Positions 30,602-45,600 of a DNA stretch of 64,000 bases are shown piece after piece (the first letter of the stretch is position 1; each line of letters starts with the position of its first letter). The translations under genes were made by a program, and so were the position numbers. Location: the IMG/VR virus record IMGVR_UViG_3300021400_001615, positions 64,001 to 128,000 of that record; one strand, given 5' to 3'. This DNA comes from a virus. Its lineage: Duplodnaviria > Caudoviricetes. The notes beneath the pieces are model-generated. The model made no database searches. It worked only from the letters and a program-made list of their open reading frames with translations, and had not been told where the DNA came from.

Positions 30602-33600
30602 GTGGGTTTAGTAAATGAATTTAAGATAACTGTACCAATAGAGGTTGATACAAAACGAATGCGTTCCGATCTCAAAAGTCAGTTTACGCATATTAAAGAA
30701 GAATATGAGGGAGAGTTCATAAAAATAAGAATTACCGGTGATGAAAAGGATCTGGAGAAAATCAAACAGCAAATATCTCAAATGAATTCTAAAGATATTC
30801 CAAAAATAAAATTGGATATAGATCGTGCAAATTTTGATAAACACTTAAAAGATCTGGAAAATTCGGCGGGTAAATCTTCTAAGTAGATAGCGGATACTTT
30901 TAAAAGGAATATTGCGACGGGTTTTGAACCTTTAAGCATAGGCGATTTAATTAAGAAACAATTTGGTAATTCGAAAAGGTATTCTGGTACGGCAGCAAAA
31001 GAAACAATTGCAGCAATGGCACAACCGCTTTCTACGCCGCTTCCTGATGATGCAAGTTACATGGACATTGTAAGGAGGGCTGAGGCGTATGAACAGCTGG
31101 CAGCTGCCATAAAAGACGTACAATAGAATCACCCTAAAGATTTTAAGAAGCTTGGTATTGATCAAAATGAAGTCCAGGCTTCAATAGACCAGTTTTATCA
31201 ATAGATTGGCGCTAGAATTTCAAATGAGGCAAATCGCACTGATTTTATATCTCAAATATAGGCATCATTTGTTACATTGAGTTAGAACCTTGCCACGATG
31301 ATGCAATCTATTATTGATGATGTTAAAGCAAAAATAGGTGGTGGAACTGGAACCGGTACAGGAAGTGGAACCGGTTCTGGTGATGGATCTGGGACTGGTT
31401 CCGGTACGGGTGGTGGAACTGGTGCTGGTTCTGTAGAAATTCCCGGGGGATTTTAGTCGGACGAAATAAATGAATTGGATAATTAGATCGATAAATTGGC
31501 GCAAGATATAGAAAATGCAAAACAAAGATTGTAGGAATTACAAAATACGGGAAAGGATGCCAAAGCTTACGATATTAGGCAAATGATGAATGGTCTGTAC
31601 AAAGAAATTGACACTATATTGCAAGACCCCAATACAGATCCAGATGAAGCAGATAGAAAAGCTGAAGAATTAAAAAAGAGAATGCTAGATTTGTATGCTA
31701 CATATCAAAAGGTTGGTGGAAGCGATGGCGATTTAAATGAGACCATGTGGGAAGAAATGTATGACTGGATTGATGAGTATGGTGACGGCAAAGCAATCAA
31801 AGGGTTAAAAGTTGTAGATGAGGCTGCAATTGCTAATCAATAGTCCCTAATTCAAGGTCTTATTTCTACCCTCGATGCACTAAAAGCGAAACGGGAAGAG
31901 TTATTAAAGCAGCCATAGCCGTCGTCAACATAGCAAACCGGTTAGACTGGTTCTTCACCATCAAGTTCCGGTGATTAGTCTGGCACTCAATAGACTGGCG
32001 AAACAACGAAAATTCCCGTTGAGCCAGATGCAACTAATTTTATTGAAAAAATACAAGAATAGATTAGCGGACAAGCGGTTGATGTTGAGGTTAATCCCAT
32101 CGCCAACGATTTGAAGGAAAAAATTGAATCCTAGATACCAGAAATAGATATAAAATTGGGGAATATTTCTGGGGGAACCGTTAAGGGCAGTGATGCCTAT
32201 AATATAATAGAATCTTGGACTAAAAATAATAGAAAAGATATTTTTCAATCAAAGCCAGAACAAGGCATGGTAATGAATGATTCTACTGGTTATGCTTCTG
32301 AAATAGCCAATAGCACAGTTGCTGGATTAAGTACGGCCTTAATTAACTAGGCGATATAGAATGCGGAGGAAACAGTTAATAGCGTCGTGCATTCGCATCC
32401 AAATGAGTCTACTGCTGCTTTTAGTTTTGATGATATTCTTGCTGCTATTAATCAAAAGATTGAGGGCGTTGTTCATTAGTATGTTGTTTCCATTAATGAT
32501 GTTGCAGCTCTTGATGTTTCCAGTTTTTCACCTGTTGAATTAAAATAGATTTCTGACATCCTTAAATCTAAAATGGTCACTGTTGAGGGAAGTAATTTGC
32601 CCGTATGGGATGAAGAACAAGTATTTAGCGAAGTAATAAATAACAGCATTTAGGAATACATAAATAAAATATTAGTGTCGTTATAGAATTAGATGTTATC
32701 AGACGGATAGAATATTAATATTGTTCAAGATTTGATTGCCAGGGTTAATGAAAGCCTATCCAAAGTTCCATTATCTACAATGAATAACTGGGATAATTTT
32801 TATGATATAATACAACAGCATATAGATGAAGCGGCTAAATCGATGGATATTCCATAGTTTGATGCAAGTAGCATCGATGATCATATTTAGAGCGCGATGG
32901 CTCATGCAATATAGGTGTTTGCGGAAAACGCTCTTATGTCTGCGGTTAAACAAGTTAGACCGGATATCAATATTGGTGACGTTTACAAAAAAACTTCATT
33001 AGATAATTATTTTAGAGGAGAGAGTCTATTGCCGGGTGGTAAGGCAACCACTACTGTTTCTACTGAACCAACTTCTTCGGAACATACAGTCAAGGTTAAG
33101 ACCGATGTAAATTTTGACGATGTTCCCAGTAAACTTCAAGCCGCTATTGATTCAGGTAGTCCATATAAAGTTACTGTATCTACGGATGCATCTTCTATGA
33201 AAGAAATTATCTAGGGCGGCATTGACGCTGGGTCTCCGTATCAATTAACATCTATCCAACTTGGGCCAGATATGTAGATTGGTGAGCAAATACAACAGAA
33301 CATAGAATCTTTCGATTATCTTGTTAAACCAGATTTGGACCCATCTTCTGATTTGGCTGGTAAGGTAAGACAAGCGTTGGCTAGTGGCGAACCGTATAAG
33401 GTTATTTTGGAGGCCGATACTGGGAAGAATGGTTCTGGTGGTAAAACTGGTGAAAGTCCGATTTCATCGGGTAATGCACTTGGTGATTAGGTGGCCGAAA
33501 GCATGGATCGTGCTGCCAATTCAGCGGAAAACGCATCTAAGAAAATTGAAGAAGCAAATCAACGCATGAATTCCTATCGTGATGCATGGTAGAGAGAATC

Positions 33601-36600
33601 TATTTCCAGGACTTTGTCTGGTAATTATGAAGGGTATGGCGAGGGATATTCTAATAGAACTACTCTCTCACAACTTAAAAATGCGCATGAGGCTTATGAC
33701 ACTGCTGTTGCAAATGAATGGAATTGGGAAGATCAATATCAATGGGGAATAAAGTTTGTAAACCTATTTGAGCAATATCGCGACAATGGTGGAACACAAA
33801 AAAGCCTTGCTGCTCATGTTGAATTATATGAAAGGTTAAAACCACTTGCTGAGGGATATGCCGCCGAATTATAGAAAGTATTAAACTTTACGCCTGGCTC
33901 TACTACTGATCAAACTCAAAAACCGACACAACCATCGCAACAAACACAGCAAAGTCAATAGGGTACACCACGCCAACCAAATACTGCCGCATATAGGCAA
34001 GAACAGGAAGAAGTTAGTCATGTCGTAGAGGCGGAAGCTGCCGCATTCGATAGACTTAAGGAGAAGCTTACGTCTGAAATTCCCGCTGCTGTTGACACAA
34101 AGACATAGGCGTTTAGATCTGAACAGGTTGAGGTTGAAAATTTGATAGACCTAGAAATATCTAAACTGTCTGAATTATCAACTGCTCTTCAAAACGTGTT
34201 CAAGAATAATGGTTCTAATCCAGATTTTGGCCAATTAAAAGAACTGTTTGAAACAATAAAAACGCTCGGCGAGGGCGAAATAAAACTGCCAAATTTTGAT
34301 CAACTCTTTGAATCTGTTGGCAAACTTGCTTAGGTTTTTGAACAATTAAAAGGCGTTCAGCCTGGTTAGGATTTTGCAGATACTTTAAATTCTTTAAAAG
34401 TAACAAAGACCAATATTGATAATCTCGTTAATTTAGCTGCCGCCATTGAAATGCTTGGCGAGGCTTTTAAGAAATTGAATACGGATTCTATGTCGAATGA
34501 GGGTCTTTCTTCTATTTAGACTTTATTAGATCAGGCCGATGCTCTTAAAGATCTTGCTACTATCCTAACTAGTGATCAAGAAAAAATTAAGAAGGCAATG
34601 GACGCAACGAGCGGATCTGGTGGCGGAAATAAACAATCAGAGTTGAAAGAGCTTCGCGATTATAATAAGGCTGTCATAGATTATTATAATGCACAACAGA
34701 GATTACAGACAGGAAAAACGGAAACAAAATCTAGAGACGAGCTTATTTCTGCAAAAGCCTTCGATGTCATGACAGCATACGAAGAAAAAATGGCGGAATT
34801 GCAAAAGAAAGGTGTTCAATTGTCTGACGAACAAACATAGGCTTTGGAAAAAAGAAAACAAAAGCAAGAAGAGCTTAATAAATTGGTTGAAGATTATAAC
34901 CGCACAAGAAGCGAAAAGCAATCCAAGAGGATTAAGGACGAAGTAGATAAGGAAATGAAGGCTCTTGGTAATTAGATAGACAATGCCGCAAGGAATACAT
35001 AGGGCAAAAACGATGCCTACAAATAGCAAATAGGTGACATGAAAGATCAGTATGCCGATCTCGAGAAATTTATTTAGGGCATAGATTGGAATGGGAAAAG
35101 CGAACAGGAAGTAAACACATTAAATCAATAGCTGCAAGAAGTTATCACCCGAATTAATAAAATTAAAGACGGACTGGCACTTGCATCAAATAGTGGCGAT
35201 TTTAAATCAGCTAACGCAAATATGGTTTCTAGATTGAATTCTCAAATGGCTGCATGGATGGATAAAAATACCGCCGCCTCTTCTTATTTTCCAGCAATAA
35301 AACAACTTCAAGAGCAGTTGAAAAGTGTTGGCAGTTCCGAGTAGTTCAATGGTATTGTTTAGGGATTTGAACGCATCAAGGCAGAAGCAATTTAGGCTGG
35401 TTTGGCCGGTAAAAGTTTTGCCGATACTTTAAAAGGTAGTTTCGGTAACCTTGCTAGGTATCTTATGTCTTTTGCCAGTTTCTATAGAATAATCGGCACA
35501 ATAAAACAAGCCGTCTCTGTTGTTAGAGAACTTGATACTGCTTTAACTGAAATGAGAAAAGTATCAGATGAGTCCTTAACGTCTTTGAAGAATTATCAAA
35601 AAGAGACTTTTAATATGGCGAACCAGGTTGGTACTACTTCTGCTCAGATTCAGAGGTCTACTGCTGACTGGTTGCGACTTGGTCGTTCTTTCGACAATGC
35701 AAAGGAAATGGCTACATTATCTACGAAATTGTTGAATGTGTCCGAATTTGAAAATATTCAAGATGCCACTGATTCTCTTGTTTCTGCTACGCAAGCATTT
35801 ACTGAGGTTCAAGCACCCGCAATTGTTGATAAGCTTAATTTGATTGGTAATAACTTCGCTATTTCTACTGATGATCTTGCAAAAGGTCTTCAAAACGCTG
35901 GTGCTGTTCTTAAAACGCAAGGTAATGATCTTGATCAAACTCTCGCACTGTTGACTGCTGGTAACTTGATCGGTCAGGACATTTCTAAGGCAAGTGCTGG
36001 TGTTCGTACTATTGCATTAAGGATTGCTGGTACTGAGGAAGCTAAGGATGAAATAAAAGATCTTGGTGAGGATGTAGACGATTTTGTTGTGAGAACAAAG
36101 TCTAAGACTGATTCAATTATTAAGAATTATACAGCTGTTGCTTCCAATAACTATTAGGGCGTTTCGGTACTTGATGACAATGGCAATCTTCGTGATACAT
36201 ATGATATCTTGCTTGATATTTCGGAGATATATAAAGAGATACAGGAAGAAGATAAAAAAGTTGGTACAAATAGAGCTTAGGCTCTTGTAGAAACCTTAGC
36301 TGGTAAAAATAGATCAAATATTGTTGCAAGTATCTTGTAGAATGGCGATATATTAAAACAGGTTAGGGAGTCGTCTGCCAATGATTACTTTGGATCGTCC
36401 GATCAAGAATTAAGTAAATACCTTGATTCTATTGATGGTAAAATGGCTAAGTTAAAAAATAAACTGCAAGAATTAGCTTATTATACAATAAACTCTGATG
36501 GATTTAAAATATTACTTGATTTGGTTAATGGATTGATTACGGCAGTAAATACGCTTGCTAAATCATTGGGTGGATTAAATCTTGCTATAGGTGGTGTTGC

Positions 36601-39600
36601 CGGATTTTTCTTGAAAAAGAAAGGTTTTGCCGTTTTAGATTATGATAAACAAACAAGACAGTGGACTAATATTTTTCAGAAGATTGGCGGTCGTTCCGGT
36701 AAAACGTTTAGCATGGCTTATACTGATGAAGTAAAAGAGCAATTCAGCAAGTTTGACCCGAATGACACTTTGAAAAGTGCAATTGAAGTTAACGGTAATG
36801 TTGAGGGTCAACCAAAAGAATTACAGAATTATTATAATCAACTAAGTGAAACGCAAAAACAAACCATGTTGGTTAGTCAAGCTTAGGCTGAAATGCAAAA
36901 GCGTAGTACTCTTCTGGGAAATGCACTTGGCACTGCTTCTTCTTTCGGTAAGCAGTTTGTGTCTGTATTGAGCAGTATGGCAATTGCCACCATTGTATCC
37001 GCCGGAATTAGTTTGCTTATAAAAACCATTTATAACCTCATCACTTATGAACAAAGAATGATAGATAAGGGTAAGGAAGCTCAGAATGTTATAAAAGGTA
37101 TTAATGATAGCTATAATTCAAAGAAAACGTTTGTTGATGATAATTTATCCAGGTATTCCGAATTGAGGAAGGGTGTTTCTGTCACTGAAGATGATGGCGT
37201 ACAAAATAAATCTTTATCCAATGAAGAATTTAGCGAGTTCTTATCTTTGAATAAAGAAATGCAGGAGATGTTCCCGAGCTTAGTCACCGGTTTTGATGCT
37301 CAAGGAAACGCTATGTTGGATCTTTCCGCAGATGCCGACGATGCCAGTAAAAGTATGCAAACTCTTCTTGAACAAGAAAGGCAAATGGCCGATTTTAAAG
37401 TTGGCGAATAGCTTGGTGATGCGGTTAAAGGTTTTGCAATTAGGTATAAATAGTTATCAGATGATATTGATGAATAGGACCAAACAATAGAAGCTGCTCA
37501 ATCAATACAAGACATAATAAACGGGAAAACATAGGAGGGAATAGATCTTTCTAAATTTGGCTTTGACGATTATGGCAACTTACATTATGAATTTGACGTT
37601 AATGATGAAGCGGCCAAAGGTGTTGCACACATGATTGCTGATGCTTATAATGCTGCTGCCGGTGATCTTGGTGGAATAATAAATGACGATTCTGAAATCA
37701 CTGGTGTTTTATCTGGCGGGTTGTCTTACTTTGACGAGTCACAACTTGCAGATTTTAAAGATAACTTTCTTTCTAAGATAGCTGAGATGAAACTTGGCGA
37801 TGTGCCAGAAGCTGTTCTTGATGCTATGTCTATTAAAAACATAGATTTGGCGGAATAGAAAGCAGACTGGAACGCTCTTGTTCCGTCGATTTTGTCTCAA
37901 CTTAATTTTTACGAAGATTATCAAAAGCTTGGCGATTCAAAAATTGGCGAATAGTTGCAATAGATAATTGCGGACGATGTTTCTAATCTTGACCTTGATC
38001 ATTTAGAAGAAATATATGGCAAGGGAGCATGGACTAAGTTTTAGGATAATACAAGAGGTTTTATAAGAGAGAATTTCCTCGATCCAATTACCAAAACCTT
38101 AATTGAAGATGGTAAAATTTCTGATGAAAAGGTAAATTTATTAGATTAGCTTATAAACTTTGATGGTTCAGACTTAACAAATGAAGAATATAGAAGTCAG
38201 ATAAATGATATCGTAAATCAATTTTCAAAAGATGCTGAAGTTAGAGAAGATATAAAGGTTCTTCTCGGATTTAAGTATTATGACGAAGACGGAAATACTC
38301 ATTGGGATATAACAAAACAAAGAGACAAACTGTATGAGGCTCTTGGCGGTTTTGTCGGCGATGATGCAACTACCGGAAAGAAAACGCATCATGTAAGAAC
38401 CGGTATGAATATAAGCTGGGATAATTTCAAGAAATTGGATTAGTCTGAATTGAGCGCTATTAGTTATGCCGAATCAAATATGGGTGTTGATCTTGAAACG
38501 ATTGACGAATGGGATAAACTAAAAGAGGTTATTGCAGAAGCAAAAGAACAAATGGAGGAAGTGTCGGAAATTACCTCTGATGGTACTCTTGCCGATATAT
38601 TTAAGGATGAAACATACCAAGAATAGGCGGAGCAGTATAAAAAACAGTTAACCACCATTAATGACGCTTTGGAGAAATATAAAACTAATACAATGCTTAC
38701 CAATGACGAACAAGCTCAATTAATGGAAGAATTGTAGATATCTGATATTTCACCCGAAAATCTTTAGAATATGGGAGCAGAAACAATAAGTGGTTGGGTT
38801 GATCAGTTACATAAATTAGCCGATGAAATTGGTCTCACAAAAGATGAAATGCAAGGTCTTGAGGAGTATATTAAAAATATATATCTTTCATATGATTAGT
38901 TAGATATAGCTAATGATTAGGCTACTGGTATTAATTATATATCAAATAGAATTGCTAGTAAGAGTGGTTCAATCCCAACACGGGTTGTAAGTGAAAAAAC
39001 TTCAAACATTTATAATCAATTATCTAGTGAATTTGGTTAGGTTGATAATGAGATTGTTTATTATCTGTCGTTAAATCCGGAATCGGCCACTTGGACTGCC
39101 GAGCAATGGATTTCACATTATAAAGATACAAAAATAGATTTTTAGCTTACAGCAAACGACAAGGATTTGCAAAGAGTAAATAAGCTTGTTGAAAACAACC
39201 AAAAAGATATTGCTTAGGCAGAGGCTAATAATTCATTAAAAGAAGCGAATGGCGGCGTATTAAACCCCGAAGATTATAATGTAATTGTTGGTAAGCAGCA
39301 AGATAGCGCAAATGCATTGAGAAATCGTGCAACTGGTTTATATGAATAGTGGTAGAAATATAATCTAGAAAATCCATAGTATGACGCTTCATACAGTCAG
39401 AAATTGTGGGATGATTATGTTGTTGCCGACACAGAAGCTGCCAAAGCAGAGGCTGATCTGGCTGAAAAGCAAAAACAACAACGCGAAAGTTCTGTGAACG
39501 AAATCAATAAGCGAATAGAGGATGCCCAGGCTTCCGCTTCAGTATTTTAGGCAAACATTAAAAAGGCGGATGCGAATGGTAGACATGCATCTGATGAAAC

Positions 39601-42600
39601 GTACAGTATTCTTTCTGGGTATTTAAAAAAACAAGCCGACGATCAAAGAGAGCTTTATAATGAATATAAGGGATTGGTTACAACCAATCCAGAATTTGCA
39701 ACTTATTGGAATCAAAAAGCTTCTGATGCTTTGAATGCGTCTGTTGACTTAGATGAAGAGAGTTATAATACAAGGATTGCGCCAATAACAAATTATATTG
39801 ATGATTTAATAAATAAAGGTGTCGATGGCCACGAGGCATTATCCGATCTTTAGCGTGAGGCGACAGATTTGGAAAATGATCTTAACGAGGCTGATTCAAA
39901 GCATTTAAAAATCAGTGATAAGCTTTATAAAAATCTTATTAGCAATGGTGATAAACAGATACGTAATCTTGAGGAATAGAGAAAAAAACAGAGAGAGCTT
40001 CAATCTGAATTTGAGCATGGAACTTCCGATTGGCAAAAATATCAGCAGGAAATCGACAACATCAACTCTTCTATCGATTCTATGAGGCAGAATCAAATGG
40101 GTTGGACTGAAACTATGAATTCCTTAGTTTCTACCAATGCACAGCAACTTGCTTCTACCATCTCTTCTGCTTTTAGTGAAATGTCATCCGGCACTGGATT
40201 GACAATTGACACAATGAATGAGTTAGAGCGTCAGTTTAGTGATCTTGCTGGTCATGATGTGTCTGATATCTTCTATCAGTCTGCCGATGGCATGAAGTTT
40301 AATGCGGATGCTGCCGAGGCATTGGTTGATGCTGAGTATGAACTGTAGTCTACTAATCTTTCCAAAACTCTTACGGAGCAAAAGGACATTATTAAACAAT
40401 GCGGCGACGCTCAGGATGAAACTACCCAGAAAACCATTGCTGCCGCAAACGAACGTATTGTAGCCACTCAAAGAGAAATGGCAATGCTCCAGGCATGGTA
40501 TGATCAGCAAAAAGAGGCGTTTAGCGGTTTACAGAAATTCCAAACTGCGCAAAGCACTGCTAATGAGGGTGCCGACTATGAAACTATGCAAGGATATCTC
40601 AAAACTCAGCAGGAAAATAGAACGAAAGGCTTGACTGGCACCGATGAGTTTAGGGCGTATACGGAATACTTTGATCGTTGGGGTCTTGATACTGTTGCTG
40701 CATGGGATAGAAACAAGGAAAAAGTTCAAAGATATTTAACAGAAGACTTTTCTGGTATGAGACATTTCTTTGATGATCTTGTGACAAATGGGCTTGCTGA
40801 AAAAAATGGTGATGCTTACAACTTAGACATTGAAAATGTAAAAGATGCCGCTGAATAGATGGGTATGACCGTAGAATGGTTTATGGATATGCTCGGTCGC
40901 GCTGAGGATTATGGTCTCAGAAATGACTGGATTGAATCTGAAATTGATGGAAGAGAAAAAATACAGGAAGCCATTCATCAACAAATAGAAGCACAAAAGG
41001 AACTTACAAAAGCTCAACAAGAGGGTGCGCCAGAAGAGGTAATACAGGATGCTCAGAATGTATACGAAGATAGAACCGCTCACTTAAACAATCTCAGAGA
41101 TGAAGTTGAAACGATAACCTCTCGCCCAACAGAAATGACAAAAGATGAATTTTTAACTAATGTTGCCACATTTAAAGCTATTAGAAATGACTGGAAACAT
41201 GCCAAGACCGATGAGGAACGAGAAGCGTATGAACAGGAGCTTAATCGTCTTGCTGAGGAAACAGGTCTCGAGGTTGATTTGAAATTTAAGATTGATAAGG
41301 ATTCTTATAACGAATAGCTTGAAAAATACGGTGTAATGACAAATGATTAGATACCACAGGCTAGTGATTTAGGAATTGGTATAGAACGTGCGCCAGAATA
41401 TGAACAACTCTCTCAATCTTTGTATGATCTGAATCAAAATGCAGACAGTGATATTTAGGCCGCAATTAATACACTTGGTAATTATACTGCTGAACAATTG
41501 AAATCTCTCGATCTTATTAGTGGCGGATATGACGATACGTTTGAGGGTTCCATTGAAGCTGAAAAGGCAATGGATGCATTAAATTAGGCACTTGGTAATA
41601 CAGGTGAAAATGCAGATTTGCTGGCTTATGCGTTGGAAGCGCTTGGATTAACATAGCAGAAAGTTACAGAGGAAACCACAACTGAAGTTAGGAAGCCAAA
41701 GAAAATTGAGCCGGAAGAAAAATTGGACTTACCTACCAATTTAATTGATCTTGCTTTTAATAACGTCAAAGAAAAGGTAACAGAAAAGGGTTAGGGACTT
41801 TTTGAGACTGCGAAGACCTGGGCGCAAGAAGCAAACACAAAAATCTAGGAACGAGCTGTTGCACAAAGAGAGATCGACCAGAAACCAACCGTAGATAGTA
41901 TTAATAATATGGCTGATACCGTTGGTAATGCGATTGAGTCTGGATTAGAAAATCTCGGAACAACATTTGAGTCTGTTGGTGAATCTATTGTCGGCGCAAT
42001 TGAAGTCATAACAAATCCGGATTCTACGAACGGTAAAACGACTAAAACATCATAGTCTTAGATTTAGAAACCCGGGATTTCCGCTGCGTAGACTCAGCAA
42101 AATAAACTTGCTAATGATGAAAATGCTAGTTTCAGTTCTGGAAATACTGGTGTTACCGTTACTGCTACTGTTGTTCCCGAAGATACTTCACAGCTTCAAG
42201 GTTTGGAAGCGACGGCAAATGCAACCGTAGAAAATGCAAGTGTCCAAGATGGTGTTAAGGTTGAAGTTGAGGGTACAGCAAATGTTACAGAAGCGGAAAA
42301 TAATATTGTTAAACCGATGCAAATACAAGCGACCGCCAATGCCAATGTGGAAGTCGCCGATGGTGGGATGAAACAATCTGTTTCTGTTGACACAAATCAG
42401 GTAAGCGAAGCAAGCAGTGCCGTATCTGATCTTAGCTCTTAGGTAAGTAATATACCAGAGGGAAAAGCTCATGTAGACGCTGAAACATCTTCTGCAATGA
42501 GTGCGTTGCAATCTGTTGAAGATAAATTGTATGAAGTTGGTAATACGCCATCCAATCCGAGTGTAAATATCACAGTAAATGGTAAAACGGAATTAGATAG

Positions 42601-45600
42601 TGTAAAAAATACGATTGATAACTTAAAAGATAAAACCATAACGATTACCACTAAGCATGTAAGCACCGGTAGTTCTGGTAGTGGCAGCGGTCTTGGTGGT
42701 ATTAACAACGAAGGGTTTGCATTTGCTGGTGGCACAGAGAAAGATCGTGTTATCCCAACGACGCATGCTGGTGAAACTCTTGTTGGTGAAGAGGGCTATG
42801 AGATCCATGTGGATCGTGATGGTCGTCAATGGAATATTGTTGGCGAGAATGGTCCAGAGTTCCGCACTGATATCGCTCCTGGTGATATTGTATTTAATCA
42901 TGAATAGAGCAAAAAGCTTCTAAAGAATGGTTATACAACAAGTCGTGGTAAAGCACTTGCTAGTGGCAATGTAGAATGGCATGGTCCAGCATATGCGGAC
43001 GGAGATGGCAAAAATGATGCACCCGTTGTAAAAGCAAGTTTTGCGCCCACACAGCCATACGTTGCTCCCAAAACATTAACAAAAACTATAAGTGAAGGCA
43101 CTAGCTCTATTAAAGACCAGACCAAATCAAGCGATGATAACACAAAAGCCGTTCAGGACAACACTTCCAAACTCGACAAATTCCAACAATGGCTCGACTC
43201 TCTTAAGGATTGGATTGAAGTACGAATTGCCCGTCTCACATATAAGATGGAAATGGCAATTACTAAATCGGAAAATCTTGGTGGTAAAGGAAACAAAACA
43301 GAAACTGTTAATGGCGTGAAAAAGAAAAGGACGCAGAATTATGCCGATAGAAATGATTATATAAATGAGGCAATGTCTATTAATGATTAGCTTCGTAAAG
43401 ATAATAAGAGTGGAGCAAAGGAATACGGTAAATATGCTGCCAAAGTTGCAAGAAAGGCGCAAAAGGCTGGTTTAATTACAAAGGCTGAGAGAAAAGATTT
43501 GGTGCCAAAGATTCAAGATGGAGCGATAAGTATCGAAGATTTTAGCCGTGCTATAAGCAAAAAGAAAAATAAAAATGGTAGCGATTCTAAAAAGACTGAA
43601 AATACAATTAAAACATTTATTGATGCATATACTGAGTGGTATGAGAAAATGCTCGATTGTAAAAAAGCACAAGAAGAATGTATTGCCAAGCAGAAAGAAT
43701 TGCAGCAAACAAAGCTTGACAATATCACTGAACAATTTGAGGGATTAATAGAGGTGGCCACTTCATATCAAAATGTTTCTGATTCTATGATCCACATGCT
43801 TACCGCACAAGGCAGGACTGCTGTTAATGATGAAAAATTCCAGAAGCAATATGATAATTAGATTACTGAAGAACAAAACATATCTTCTTATTTAAAAATG
43901 GAACTCGACGCATATGACGCAGAGTTGGTAAATGCGAAGAAAGTTTTTGGTGAGAACAGTAATGAATATCGTGCTGCCATGGCACAAAGAAACGAAATAG
44001 AACAATCTTATAATGAAAGCATTGCAAAGATTGCCGAACTTCGTAAAGCAAAAGAAGAAATGGTATTTAAATCTATTAGTAATACTATTGAACGAATTAA
44101 GGGGATATCTTCACTTATTTCTGCCAGAATGTCTTTGAGCCAGAAACGTGGTAATAAGAATAATGAATATGACAAAGACAGTGAGGATCCGAATAGATAC
44201 ATCAAGATGAACGAGGGTCTTATGGCTCGTAATAATGATATGATCCTGATGTGGAATAAGCAACGTGAAGAAGCGGCGAGATGGATAGGTAAAAACAAAC
44301 ATCTGGAAGGTAGCGAAGAATATCAGGATTATTATAATCGTTATATCGAAGCCGAAGAGGAAATCCTCGGCCTTATGGAAAACCAAGAAGATATCAAAAA
44401 GAATATCCGCGATTATCGTTGGAAATCCTTCAATGATCTTCAATAGGAAGTAAAGAATACCATTACAGAAATAGATAATCTGCGTAGCACTATGAATGAA
44501 GCTGAATTCTTTGATGCAGAGTTTGGCATTAATATTACTGATAAAGGCTATGCAAATATTGCTCTTCTGCGTGATGGTATGATTGAAGCCGAGAAACAGG
44601 TAGCTGATTATCAAAAGGCGTTGGAAAAACTCGAAGAAGATTATGATAATGGTAATATAAGTGCCGACGAGTATAGGCAAGGTGTGGAAGAATATAGTAG
44701 TGCTATAAAAGAGGGTTCTGATGATATCAGGCAATATGAAGACGCTCTTGTTTCTATGTATAAGACGCAAATTCAAAATGAAAATGATTTACTTCAAAAA
44801 AATATCACAGCCAGAAAAAATGCTTTGACGGCTAAAAAAGCGTGTTTTTAAGAATGCGCTTATTCATTAAATTGCTGAAATACCCTTAGAGATTTATATA
44901 CCACAGCAAAATCATGAAACATGGATAATTGCGATGGTTTTAAAAATATAGATATTGGACAATCAGCAGCCAAGCGGCGAATAGCCGAAGGTTCAGAGAC
45001 TATGGGCTTTGTCGCCCAGTAGGACTGCAAGCGATTGGCAGTTCGAAAAAGTGAACTACTTTATTTGAAAAAGAAAGGTATTGTAAATATGTATGATAAA
45101 GATGAAATTGTAAAAATAAAATGGTCAAAGAAAAATAAAAAGTATTATGAAAATATTGGTTATAATTATACTAAGATTGGAGATAGTCTTGATGTTAGAG
45201 CTTGTGATTTACCATGGAATTCTCATGAAAAAATAACTGCCACCTGTGATTGTGATGGGTGTAGTAATACAACAAAAGTTCCTTACAGAAATTATAATAA
45301 AGCCCTTGAAAAGTATGGACACTATAGATGTAAATCTTGCGCTATTAAAGATTATGTAAGACAGAGAACAAAAAAGTCTCATGAAAGATTATATGAATTA
45401 TTTTTGGAAAAATGCAGAGAACATAATTGCATCCCAATAACAACGCTTGATACTTTTCATGGCGCGGATTCATTTGTTGAATATATATGCCCAGTTCATG
45501 GCATAATGAAAACTTATATGAGCAATATTAGAGGATCTAATGCCTGGTGTTATAAATGCGGAAAGGCATCTATGGCAAGTCAATGTAAATTAACTCCAGA

